Source of the DNA: Vicugna vicugna
Taxonomy: Eukaryota
DNA: 64,000 nt
Assembly: GCA_013265495.1 (NCBI GenBank)
Contig: MU057781.1
Location: forward strand, 992,001 to 1,056,000
Direction: 5' to 3'
The position numbers and the translations under genes were made by a program. Below the pieces are notes generated by a model, which worked only from the letters and a program-made list of their open reading frames with translations, was not told where the DNA came from and did not search any database. Within the stretch, counting starts at the first letter, position 1; every line of letters begins with the position of its first letter. Positions 1 through 11,655 of this stretch are shown in pieces.

Positions 1-3000
1 GCGGGCAGAGTAGAAAGCCAGGCACGTGTCTGCCCAGGACCCTGTCTCAGGGGGTGTAGCCCTTTTTAAGTTAAACTCCCACGGTTCTTGCAGAGATGTG
101 TGAGCTCTGATGCTCCAGAGCAACAGGTTTGTTAGGACCGAACGAGGCTCCGTCTTTCTGCCTCTTTGGAAGGGGCAGCCTGGTGTTCAGCTGTCCGGGT
201 CTGGTGGACAGCAGCTTTGCAGTCAGCCATCGGGCGTGCCTGGGGGAGGCGGCGCCCAGGGCCAGTGGCTGCACTAAGAAAACTCCAGCCCCGCGCTTTG
301 GGGCGGCCAGCCAGGCCCACACCATCCCGGGGTCACGGAGTGGCCCTCCTGCCCCACACAGGGCCAGAGAGACACCGTGGCTGATCCGGCGGGCGAGGTC
401 CCTGGACTTGTGGTGTCCTGGGTGCTGGGCCGCGAGAACAAAGGCTGGTGCCCACCGCCTGCTCCTGGCGCCTGGGTGGGCGGCTGGTGTGGGGCCTGCG
501 CTCGTCCTGGGGGCAGGCGCCTGCCTCCACCCACCCACGCGGGGACCGCTCAGCCCCGGGGCGGAGGGCGTGCAGCAGGAGGGGAGGACACCCTGCTGAG
601 GGTGGGCGCTCGTCCCTGCGGGGCCTCTTCAAGGCACAGGGTAAACAGCAGCGGTCTTTTCCTCTCAAGAAATTCCTTTGTCCCTCTCGGCTCCTTATCT
701 CGGCTCTCAGGCTTCCATGGGCTTGTTTGCAGGATGTAATTCCTTTTTAGGTCACTCAGATACTCCTCTTCGGAGAGAGCCTAACAAGGCCTGGCTGTTT
801 CTATTTTTAACGCTGACTCGGGCCAGCCGCGGCGGGCGGGGCTGTTCTGCCGGGTTCCTGGGAACCCGCGGCCTTCCTGCTCTGCCACCTGCCGCGTTGG
901 GAGGGGCTGCTTTCCGTGCGGCTGGATGGGTGTGTTTTTTTGTATTCGCTATGCTCTTCCTTGCTGAAATGTCTAATTTGCTCTCTTTGAAAATATTGAG
1001 CTTTCCTTTGAAAGAACCCACGAGTTTTGATCAGTTGCCTCCTTTCCCTCTGAAGTTAGCAGAAGGGCCTTTTCCTCGTGAAGAACTTGGCCAAGCAGGT
1101 GTGCAGCTTGGGCGGGGCTGCGCCCAGGTTGGGTGGGGCCGGAGCCCCTGAGCCAGGGCTGGGCGGGCCGGGCTGCCTGCTCACAGCGCCCCGCCCGGCG
1201 GCCTGGCTGCCTGGTCCGGTCTCTGCTGTACTGTGTTCCCTCCAGGCAGACGTGGTTGAGCTCGCGGTCCCACAGCCTGGAGGGGCTTTTCCCGTCTGTG
1301 CTCACGATGTCCTGCGTCGGCCCTGGGGGGATCTCCAGGGAAGGCCAGCAGCTCTGTCCTCAGCTGCCAGGAGGCTTGGGCTGGAACTTTAGTGTGCGGC
1401 TCTGGGGCGCGAACAACCGTGGGGCCCATGCCCCCTGAGTCCCCCACCGCCCACCTCCCGGCCCCCATGGCATTGGTGGTGGCGCTGAAGTGACACGGCC
1501 CGTTTGATGCTGGCTCTGTGTCCGGCCTGTGCACAGTGACTGTCCAAGCAGGCTGGTGAGAAAGGACACTCGAGAGCCCAGGGCACAGGCGTGGGGTCTC
1601 CTCCAGGAAGCGACCGAGCAGGAGTCCGAGCAGGCGGCTTCCAGGAAAGCCCCGGCCGCCCGGCAGCCCCCTGGCACCGACGGTGTCAGTCGTCAGGAGC
1701 GTTGCTGCCGCTTCTGGTTGCGTAGCCTCCAGCAGGGTAAACTGCGTTCAGACCGAAGGTAACAAATGCCCCGCCCTCATCCCTTCCTCATTACTCTACT
1801 ACGGTGTGCTTCGGGACCCTGGCTACTTGTGTCTTGTGTGTCTGAAGGTGGGGAATACCCTGTAACTGTGCGGGCGTGTCGCTGAGCCCTTCCCAGCTCC
1901 GTGTGCAGTGATGTCGCGTCAGGAGCAGGACGTGGGCCACGCGTGGGCCTTCACACCACAAGAATGGGGAGCGGCTCCGTGCACACCGCTGCCTGGGGAG
2001 GTGCTGTCTCACACACCCGAGGACATCTGTCCCCTGCGATGTCCAGAACCTAGGACAGAATCCCACTGTCCAGCCAGGATGCTGCAGCGGAAGAACCGCC
2101 TGTCACTGGGGTGGGTTTTGGTGGAAGTGTGGGGTGGAGGGCGTGCTCCAGAACCAGCAGCCGGGCGAGCCTGTCCTCCACTGTCACGTGGGCGAGGGGC
2201 CTCGGTGCCTGCTACTTTTGCCCATAAAGTAGCCCACAGCTTCGCTCACTGGCAAAGGAAAATTTTTTTCTGTTAGCAGAAATTTGCCATAGTATGTCGC
2301 TAAAATCCAGCATCTTCCAGTGAGCTGCTTTGAATTTCTCATCTTTAGGGTAATTAAATCTGTTTTAAATGAGGTCTCTGATTTGTGTGTCTGCGTCTCC
2401 TTTGAGCGACACAGTTCCAGGTGCTGTCACCTGAGCCCCACCCTCCCTGAGGGGCGGACGGGTGGCTGCAGGCCGCATCCCAGAGGGGACCTTCAGAAGG
2501 CACGTCGGTACCTCTTTCCCCTAGCTTCAACACTAAGAACCAGGGAAGATCAAAGGCGAAAATTAGAAAATCATCATTTCCCGTCGTTTGGATGCGCTCC
2601 CAGCCAAGACCCAGCCCGGAGCTCGGATGGGGCCACAGACTGGCCTGGGCTGGGGGCTGAGGTGGCCTTCGGGTTTCTGGTTTTGCTCCCACGCAGTTAC
2701 AATGTGAGCATGCTCAGCGAGCTTTTCATTGTGGCGAAATGTCCAGCTTGTTTAAAGTGCAGAGAGCGGACCCAGATTCGTGCTCACAGCCCGCTTTGTT
2801 TCGAGTGACCCCCCCCCAGCCCCCGTCATGTGAAGCAGAACCAGACAGCGTCGTTTCATCTGTGAACTCCTCAGTTGCGGCTCTGAAAGCAGGAAAAACC
2901 CTCACGTGTCACCATGACATCTACAGCGTTAACAATAATTCCGTCACATCATTAAACACCCAGTCAGCGCCCCCACGGCCCCCGCTGTCTCATAACTTAT

Positions 3001-3849
3001 TAGAGTTCATGTATTGAAATGGGTCAAAATCTTGGTAGAAGTTAAGCATTTTCCGTAACTTTCTGGAGGTAAACCTGACCAACAGCAGAACCCACCTGTT
3101 GGTGGAGCCTGCAGCTGACGAGCGTTGCTGAACGTCCGCCCCGGGAAGCATCGTGACCGGGGCGGTGTACGCACCACCCTCACCAGGCTCCTGGTGCCCC
3201 GGTGACCCCTTCCTGCAGCCCCGGTGTGCGGCCCCACTGGCCACCCGTCCAGCGGTTTGAGTCTTCCAGAATTCCATGGCACCGGGCAGAGGACACCCCC
3301 CTCGCCTGGCGGCCTTCCTTGGCTTCACTTTGGCTCCATGTGGTCAGAAGACAGGCGGGGTGGCTCCCATCTCTGGGAGTTCATCAGGCTTATTTTGTGG
3401 CCAGCGATGACCTTTCCTGGCGAGGGGGCCCCGGAAAACGGAGTGCCCTGCAGCTGTGGCCTGCACTGTCCGGTGAGGTCTGTGCTGGCCGCGTGTCCTC
3501 CTGACGGAGTCTTCTTGGTCCTTGCGAAACGTCCTTTCTCAATGTCGCTCACCGGGGCAGCCGGCCCAGCCTGCTGGGGCCCGAAGCGCGGGGCGGGTGA
3601 GGTGGGTCTTCCCTCTTGCCTTTGGTCCGGGACTTAGGTCCTGCCCCCCCCCACCCCACTGAAGGCCTGCACCAGCACCGCCCGGTCCCACAGAGTGTTC
3701 TGTGATGGCGGGGGTGCTCTGTTTCTGTGCCGTCCAGGACGGTAGCCACTGGCCGCAGTGTCTCAGGCTGCCCTCCTGCTCGGAGCAGGTCCCGACCTTT
3801 AACATGTAATGTGACCGCTGATGTGGGCGAACTGCAGTTGGCCGCCGCG

Positions 3850-5900
3850 TTACTTGCTTTCTGTGTGTGTCCTCTGGTCTGTCCTGTTGTCCCCCGTTCC
3901 TGCTTTCTTCTGGATTATTTCCTTTTTTCACTTGCATTCCATTTTAATTCATTATTGGCTTCTTGCCTCCTGAAACATACTTTTTATTTTTTAAGTGTTT
4001 GCTCTAGGTCTCGATACGTGGGCCGAAGTGCCTCGCCTCGTGCTTCCCGCTAACACGAGGCTACTTCCTGGAGGATGTGGACGCGTTGTGGTCGTGTCGG
4101 TTTCACGTGGTGTGTGCGTTGTGTCCGTGCGCATGGGGAGCTCTGGTGCACGGTGTTAGGGCTGCTGCAGCCCCCCGTCCCCCACCGAAGCCCGTCCCGC
4201 CTGCCGCCGGCTGTGGAATTAAGCTTTACTGGGGCGCAGTGCCTCATCCACGCCCGCCCTGTGGTCGCCACGGACACTCGTGGCCCGCGAAGCCTGAAGT
4301 ATCTCTGGTTCTTCAGTTACAGTTTGCCCAGCCCGCTCCGGGAGCGCTCGCGTTAGGGCTCGTGGGGACGGAATTGACCAGGTCTTGCGTGATGAGAGCT
4401 GTCTTCCCCCGGCTGTGACACTGGAAGGGCGCTGGCTGAACGTGTGTGTCGCCCTTGGCCTACACCTCATCCCACTCCTGCCTTGATCTGTATGAGGGTC
4501 TGACAAGCCTGGTGTGGGGCCGACTGACTGCACTGTGAGCTGTAGCTTCACTTTAGAAATCTAGGGGTTTTACTCGGGTGTGTCCTGGAGTCGGTCGTTT
4601 GCGGTGACTTTTCTCAGGTGCTCAAAAAGCCCTTCAGTGTGTGAGTTCGTCTTTTCTTATTTGGGGGCGGATTTCTTGGGGTGTCATTCTATTTATTTAT
4701 TTATTTATTTATCCCTTCTCTGTATTTTCTATTTAGTTGAAATATAGCTAGTTACAATGTGTGTTTCTGGTGCACAGCATCGTGTCCCAGGCGTGCGCAC
4801 GTATACATATATTCGTTTCCGTGTTCTTTTTCGCATAATGGTAAACGTTCTGTCCGTGGTTTTGCGTCTCTTCTGCGGGGACGTGGTAGCAGGTGCACGC
4901 CGCCCCTGTCACCTCTTTCCCCGACTGCGTTCCGTCCTCTCCGCTCTCTGTGGGCTCTTCTGGCTTCTTGGTGGCTTTCTTGCTGAATTTTCCTTCAAGT
5001 CGATTCTCCCTCGGACACTTTGTAACTCTTCTTTTCTGTGGTGACTTTGTCACCCCCCAGTCCTTTCCTGAGGTTGTCAGCACGTTTATTTCTCTGGCTC
5101 TTTCTGACGCATTTCTCCTTCAGTTTTGTTTCTGATTCCAGGTGTTCTTCTGGCCTGGGTGCTTGTCGGAGTGTGCTTACCTCTGTGTGGGTGTTGGCTG
5201 GTAGCTGCGTTCTGCTCCAGGATGCTTTCTCTGGGGCAGTGCTTTCTCCTCGATGGTCGTGTGGAGGCGTCTCTTTACTGGTTCTCAGCCTGGACCTCCT
5301 GTGCGCCTTCCCGTGATGCCGGCACAGGCATGATTCCTGGCTCCACAGCGCCCTCTCCTGTCCAGCGACATCTGGCGCATGGGGGCTCCTGGTGCCCGTT
5401 GCTGGGTGGCAGGGGTCCTCAGGGCTCCTCCGTCTTGAGCCCCCGTCCCCCCTTTTCCCCCTCCTTTACCCTCGGTTTGCAAGGCCACCTGCCCCCTGGC
5501 TGTGCTCTGTCCTCTACGGAGGCAGCGTCCCCTGGCGTGCCGGGCCTGCCACTCCGCAGGGTTTCCCTGCCCGGTGTCTCCCCTTCGGCAGGGGCCAGGT
5601 GTAGGACTCTGCACTGCGAGCTGGTCACCAGGCTGGCGTTAGATCCCAGAGCTTTTTACCTTGTGCCCTTTGACCTACAAGTCCCAGCCACGGTGGCCGC
5701 CTGGCCTCTGTTGCTTTGGGTCTGGCTCCGGAACCACACGTCTGAGCGCGCTCTCGGGGCTGACTTACTTCACGTGTGTTCTGCTTGTGTCGCTTCTTCT
5801 CGCTTTGTTGCTGGGACGTTGCCCACGTGTCCTTGCCCTCCCGGACTTGTTTCTCCGGAGGAGGAGACCGCGTAAAGAAGGCAGGTTGAATTCTTGCTGT
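3850..5900 (-). mobile_element. Decayed antisense L1M relic, interrupted by a younger L1 3' fragment
   Basis: T-rich tracts (3855-4010, 4600-4685, 4845-5140) resemble L1M antisense, e.g. ttttttaagtgtttgctctagg and cagtcctttcctgag. Strongly diverged, so boundaries are approximate. Confidence 0.5.
4686..4840 (-). mobile_element. Short younger L1 3'-end fragment with (TTTA)n tail
   Basis: (TTTA)n at about 4689-4711, then ttgaaatatagctagttacaatgtgtgtttctggtgcacagca...atacatatattcgtttcc, resembling the antisense 3' end of laurasiatherian L1s. Confidence 0.6.
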
Positions 5901-8483
5901 GTTCTGTTTATTTACCAGTTTTCAAAAGAATGTCCTGGTTCCAGGATGACCAGTGTGTGGGGTCTTTTTTTTAGTATCGTTGTGAACTCACGGCTGGAAG
6001 AACATTCACGTGTGTGACTTTCAGTCCATTTTAGACGCCCGTGGCCTGTCCCAGGTGGATTGGAGCGTCAGGTGAGGCACAGCTCTAGCTGTGGAGCGGG
6101 CCCCACCATCCAGGTGGACGGAAGCGGGACCCTCCTCCAGCTTCGTAATGCCCTGTGACGCTTCACCTGGCCTGTGGTGAGGTGACCAGAGCCAGAGGCA
6201 GGAGCAAGGGTTCTCTGACCGTGCTTTCACCACGAGCTCACCCCGCCCGGGCTGGGGCCAGGCACACGGTCCAGTGGGAGCGCGGGCACAGGGGCTGCGG
6301 GTGAGACCAGAGCAGCAGGTGACAGGACAGTCCTGGCGCCTGGGTGGGGGCGTGGTCGGAGCCCATCTGCGGGGCTTGGGACACGGGGAGCGGGTGGGGT
6401 TTGGGGCTGAGGAGGGCTTGGGGGCGCAGAGCCAGGTGGCATGTGGGGCGACCCCTTAAAAGCCTTGAACCTGGGGGCTTGCGGTACGTGCACGTGATGC
6501 AGGCGGTTCTGGTTTAAGTGGGTGGGACCTTCACCAGCTGCCACGTGGGAGCACGGACTGAGGATGCCTGCCACACGTCTGTCCCCGTGGGGGGACCCGA
6601 ACCCCGAGGTAGGAGAAACACCCACCTCTGAGGTTCCAGGGTATCTCGCCGTGGCCGTGACTGTCTGTGATCTTACTCCTCACACTCGTGGGCCTGAAGT
6701 GAGAGGTCAGGGAGGCTCAGGGCATGTTGTCCCTGGACGTGACCCATGCACAGCCCATCAGGCGGTGCCGGTCGTCTGGGTCATCGTGTAGGAAATGTTG
6801 AGTTTCAAGAGATAAAATAATATGAATCATTTTATGATGAATTAAAACTTAGTTTCAGATTAATTGTTTCACCGTAAGTTAAATTTCTTTTAAGTTAAAT
6901 TGTGATTGCTAGTTCAGGTGTGCTGGGTAGAGGTCTTCCTCCCTGGAGGTGTGGCGGGGGTGGGGAGTTGTGAGGGCCCATGGAGGCGCTCACCTGTCGG
7001 AACTGACGGTGGGCTTCCCCAGCCTCTGTCCAGGAAGAGCTGTGGTGCAGGAAGTCCACAAGGTCCCTGACCTTGAGAAGTCTGGGGGCCGCTGTGCTGG
7101 GACAGGTGAGACCTAAACACAGGTGGCAGGTATGGGAGGGATGGGGTGGACGGTGCACGGGAGGCCAAGGACACGTGGAGACGTGTGGATGAGCGGCCCT
7201 GGTCCTGCGGTGGGCACAGGTGCTGGAAGCGCTTGGGTGTCTGTAGTGCCTTGTCACCCCATAGCTTGGCTAGAGCCCGGCCCTCTGAAGAGGGTTGGGT
7301 GGGGCTCAAAGACAGGAAGGGACAGCAGATTGCATCGGTCAGCGACTCTTCACCTGAGCCCAGGGCTTTGCTCGCCGGGGGTCTTCAGAGACGCGCACCA
7401 AACACATCGCAGGCGCTCCCCCAATTTGTCCTTCAGCTGAGACTCGGGAGGACAGAAGGTGGGTCACTTGCAGGGCCGGGGCAGCAGCGGCCGGGGGGCA
7501 GACGGCCCTCCCGCTGGGTGTGCGGATGCACCTGACCGATGCTGAGATCTGCTGCTTGCTGGGTGCCAGCCACCGTAAGCGCCCCAGAGGCAGCCCGTGT
7601 TGCTGTGTCGGGAGGCCCCGGGAGAGGGCAGAAGCCAGAGCTGAGGGGGGGCACCACGGGCAGGAGCAGGGCGTGTGTGGCGAGGGGCATGTGGACCTGT
7701 GGGTCACCCCGAGACGCCCAGTGCAGTTTCCTGCGGGGGGTGAGACACGACCTGGGAGGCGCCAGGCCCCGCTGCCGGGTGGGGTGTGGGGCAGCTGGAC
7801 GGTGTGGTCAGGACGGCCCTCCTTGTGCTTCTGATGGAGCCACTGGGGAGCTCGTCTGGCCCCGTCCTCGAGGACGGCTCCGTGGTCCAGTGACAAAGGT
7901 GTGTGTGGGCTGGGTGCTGCCTTGGGGCCAGTTTGGTCAGAGTCTGAGGAGATGGGGAGAACCCTGGTGACCAGGGACACGCGCTGCCAGGCCTGGACCT
8001 GAGGCTGTGGAGAGGCCGGCAATGAGAGGAGGTGGCCGAGCCAGCTGTGCCACCAAGTGGCCATGTGCAGCCAGCTGACCACAGCCATGTCCTCCGCCTC
8101 AAGGGTGGATGGGAGGTAGGTTGGCATCCGGCTGGTGTCCTTGTGTGGTCAGCTCTGCTGCCTTCCAGACGGGGGTGGGGGTGCGTGCACCCCCACACGT
8201 GCACCAGGGACCCCTCGTGGGGGACGTGGTGGGGTCAGACACGTGTCACATTAGGATGGCCTTTCTGGATGCTCTACAGTTGACACGTCTGACTACAGTT
8301 GGGAGAAAATGCCCAGATTCCTAAAGAAGCTTCCCAGAAGCTGTGAGTCCTTTCTGGGGATTTGCAGCCAAGGGAGAGGGAAGACCCGGGACCACGGTGA
8401 CTGGAGGCACACGGGGTGCGAGCCCCAGAGCTTCGCCACGGCCGAGCCTGGCGCAGCCCTGACCTGTCGTTTGTTTCCCCCAG

Positions 8484-8584
8484 GTGGTCCATGCGCACCG
8501 GCCGCACTTCCTGGCCCTGCACTGCCAGGAGTTCGGAGGCAAGAACTACGAAGCCTCCATGTCGCATGTGGACAAGTTTGTCAA
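8484..8584 (+). CDS. INPP5A: INPP5A coding exon (probably exon 3), 101 nt: VVHAHRPHFLALHCQEFGGKNYEASMSHVDKFV(K)
   Basis: Acceptor ctgac...tttgtttcccccag at 8459-8483, donor GTAAGT at 8585. The translation matches the remembered INPP5A sequence, including the HCQE motif. Phase 0 to 2, consistent with the next exon. Confidence 0.97.
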
Positions 8585-8654
8585 GTAAGTCCTGGCGCCC
8601 ACGTCCCTGTGCTTGCTCCTGGTGGGGCCCAGCGTGTGACAGCATGGCTGGGGG

Positions 8655-8820
8655 AGTTGGCGGTGTGGCCCTGGGGGGTGACAGTGTGTCCTTGGAGGGT
8701 GACACTGTGGCCTTGGGAGAGTGTAGGGTAATGGCGTGGCCCTGGGTGGTGACACTGTGGCCCTGGAGGGTGGCGGTGTGGCCCTGGGGTGAGGGGTGCA
8801 GGGTGACAGTGCCCCCTGGG
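8655..8820. repeat. Degenerate about 21-bp tandem repeat (GGTGACACTGTGGCCCTGGAG-like) just 3' of exon 3
   Basis: Repeated gtgtggccctgg / ggtgacactgtggcc / ggtgacagtg units. Confidence 0.75.
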
Positions 8821-9439
8821 CTCGAGACTTCAGCAGAGATTTGGCCAGTCACACCTCACGTGGTCTAATGGCTGCCACTCTGCTGCTGCTGCTGCTGCGG
8901 ACGGACAGGTGGATGGGCAGGACTGGTGTCCCTGCAGCTGCTCAGAGCTTGTCACAGTGAGACAGGGACAGAGTATCACTGTCCATGGGTGGCAGGAGCC
9001 ATGGGCATTGAGCCCTCTGAGCGCAGGGGTCATTTGTTAAAGGGTAGATTTTTTAAAACTGTCAAATTAGCCCCTACCCCAAAATCCAAAGGTGTGGGTG
9101 GGCTGGGTGCTGCCTTGGGGCCAGTTTAGGCGGAGTCCGGTGAGGTGGGGAGAACCCTGGTGACCAGGGACACGCAGTAACCCTGCAGCTCTGCAGGGCG
9201 GGCGTCCTCACCGCCGGCGCCGGGCGTCCGTGAGGGTGGGCCTGCTCCCCCTCGCCCCGGACTGTGGCGGGTGGCCGCCGGTCAGGGGAGCCGCTGGTGT
9301 CCTGGGCCGGGAGGAGATGACGCTGGGTCCCCCTCTCGTCGTGCCCCCGCCCAGGACGGATTTCAGTTGTGTTAGTGAGTAAACGTGAAGGGCGTAATGG
9401 CTGTTCTGAGAGTAAAGGGTAGGAGATCGTAGCTTTGGG

Positions 9440-9625
9440 GGCAGAGAGAGATGTCTTGAAAAAGCCCCCAGAAGGGAACGACAGATTCGACCACGTTGAA
9501 ATTAAAACCTTTGTTTATCGAAAGACACTAGGAACCGAGTAGAAGTTTAGCCACACGCGGGAAAAGATCCCTGTGACACACTTGACTGACAAAAGCCATC
9601 AGTATTTAAACATATTAAGAAGCCG
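9440..9625 (+). mobile_element. LINE-1 ORF2 C-terminal fragment
   Basis: ttgaaattaaaacctttgtttatcgaaagacac...gccacacgcgggaaaagat...ctgacaaaag resembles the IKIKNFCSSKDT...WEKIFA...SDKG region. Confidence 0.65.
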
Positions 9626-9949
9626 GCACGTCCCCGCCTGCGTGTCCCAGAGAGGAGCGGGCCCGTGGCCCCCGCGGCCCGGGTCCTGCTCCCGAGCCGC
9701 TGGCTTCACACCAGGCCCCTCCTGCCCTCGAGCTGCTGCTGGAGATGTTTTTTGTACGTAACATACGGCGTTACTACTTTTACTTTAGGCAGTTGTTGTC
9801 AGAGAGACTGAAAGCGGGGGAGACGTCACCCGTTCCGTCCCCGCCCTTCCCCGCCCCGCGGGCTCTGCCTTCGCCCCCGCGCTGACCCTCACCCAGGCCG
9901 CCGCTGAGCAGCTCGCTCAGCTCCTGTGGGTCTGGAAAACAAGCCTTTG

Positions 9950-10720
9950 TCTTCGCTCTTGAAAGATACCTTTGTTGGGAGCAGAATTCTGGCTTGTCCA
10001 TTTTCCCCTTTCGGGCTTCAAGGCCATTGTCCTATTGTCTTCGGGTCAGGATTGTTTCTGACGAGAACCCGGCCTTTGTTCGCATCTTAATTTTCTGTAT
10101 ATAGTGTGTCTTTTTCCCTGACTGCTGGAGTTTGTCTTTCTGGCTGGTTTGCAGCAACTTGATTGTTTTGCTTTAGTTTGATTTTCTTTGTGTTTCTTTT
10201 GTTTGGGGCCCTTTGAGCTTTTTCAACCTGTAGGTTTATAATTTTACACCGATGCGGGACAAGCGTGTCCGTGATTCCTCTGCATGTTCTTCTCCCTCCC
10301 TTCTGCCTTGTTGTTGGACTCCAGTTTCAGTTCATCTTTCCTCTTTGCTTCAGTGTGGATAGTTTCTGTGTGTTTCAGTCATGAATCTGTTCTTTTTTAT
10401 GTTTTCGTCTGCTGTTCGCTCCACTCAGTGAATTTGTCTCTGATTCTGGATTTTTCAGCTCTAGAAGTTTCATTTGTGGTTTTTATATTCCCTGTCTTTC
10501 CTCATTATGTTCATGTTTTTGATTAAATCTTTGGTCATATTTATGGCAGCTGTTTCAAGATTCTCTTCAGTGAACTCCATCATCTTTATCTTTTCTCGGT
10601 CTGTTTCTGTTGCTGCTTTTTTGCAGATTGTGGGTCACGTTTGTTGCTTCTTCATAATGTTGGGTGACTCTGATGTGACACCAGACTTGACTGTCGTGCA
10701 TGTCCGTGCGTGTGTCTGTC
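9950..10720 (-). mobile_element. Old LINE-1 (L1M) ORF1/5' region, antisense to INPP5A
   Basis: T-rich + strand with agaattctggc, attgtttctgacgagaa, gcttcagtgtggatagtttct and ctctagaagtttcatttg, typical of L1M read antisense. Explains the hydrophobic pseudo-ORFs 10284..10526 and 10474..11460. Confidence 0.75.
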
Positions 10721-11567
10721 TCCTCCCTGTTGGGCCCGGGGTTTGTTCTCGTGGGCGGGTGGGGGTTAGTTCAATCCTCCTCCCTTCCCCTCCTCCAGGC
10801 TCCTTTCTGCTCACTACTGATCACAGCTTGGAGCCCCTGCCTCTTCCTGGTCACGTGGCACCATGTCCTCCTGTCCCTGCTGTCACGCCACTGGGCAGCG
10901 AGGGTGCGTGCCTTGGGTGGGGTCGGGGAGTAGTGGGGAGCCCCGCCCCTTTGGTGCAGTGTCATCTCAGGATGTGGGGGTGCAGAGCCACCCACTTCAG
11001 CCACACGTACGGAGACGGCAGGGGGGTCGTCTGCTTGGACTTGGTGAGGCAGGGTGAGCAGTCAGGGACGGAAGCCACTGTTGGGGAATGTCCCTCCCTC
11101 CCCATCGGCGCAGAGCCTCAGACACTGGGCCCTGGTGTTCAGCTCTTGTCCAGTGAGGAACAAAAGGGTTGGGATCGCCCGGGCCTGGGAGTCTGTGTCA
11201 CCTCCGGGAGGGCCGAGCAGACCCCGGAACACCCCATGCGCTTTCCCGGAGTGGCCCTGGGCGTGTTCGCAGTATCTCTGCACCCTGGTCTCCTTCCCCG
11301 AGAGCCTGTGTCCTGCTGTCTCCCGGCGGGTGGGGCCGCCTGCCCGGGGCGCACAGTGGGTCTCAGCATCTGCCCCTTCCTGTCTCCACCTCTCCCCTTC
11401 TCCTCCCCTCCCCATCTCCCCCCAGCCCAGTTGGTGGCTTTTGTTTCCAGTATGATGTAAATCTAACAAGGCAGCCAGGCCTCCCTTCCGTGCCTGGTAC
11501 GCACACCTGTGAAATGGTGCGGGGTCTGCGTGGCTCCGCAGTACAGAACTCGCCCTCTTCCTTCCAG

Positions 11568-11655
11568 GGAGCTGCTGTCCAGTGATGCCATGAAGGAGTA
11601 TAACAGGGCGCGCGTCTACCTGGACGAAAACTACAAGTCCCAGGAGCATTTCACG
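11568..11655 (+). CDS. INPP5A: INPP5A coding exon (probably exon 4), 88 nt: (K)ELLSSDAMKEYNRARVYLDENYKSQEHFT
   Basis: Acceptor ccctcttccttccag, donor GTACGT at 11656. The peptide is visible in ORF 11509..11772 and is in frame with both flanking exons. Confidence 0.97.

Larger units (their letters stand above)
7894..9175 (+). repeat. 89-bp dispersed direct repeat, copies at 7894-7982 and 9087-9175
   Basis: Ungapped manual alignment gives 81/89 identity. The copies flank exon 3. Confidence 0.93.

Noticed and set aside
1-8483. Search for INPP5A exon 2 (PENLQKNWLREFYQ) and for exons after GDFNFR...VVE
   Set aside because: Not found in the window; they presumably lie outside it.
10284-11460. Hydrophobic membrane-protein-like ORFs (80 aa and 328 aa)
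   Set aside because: The Phe/Leu/Ser-rich parts come from a T-rich antisense L1 relic.
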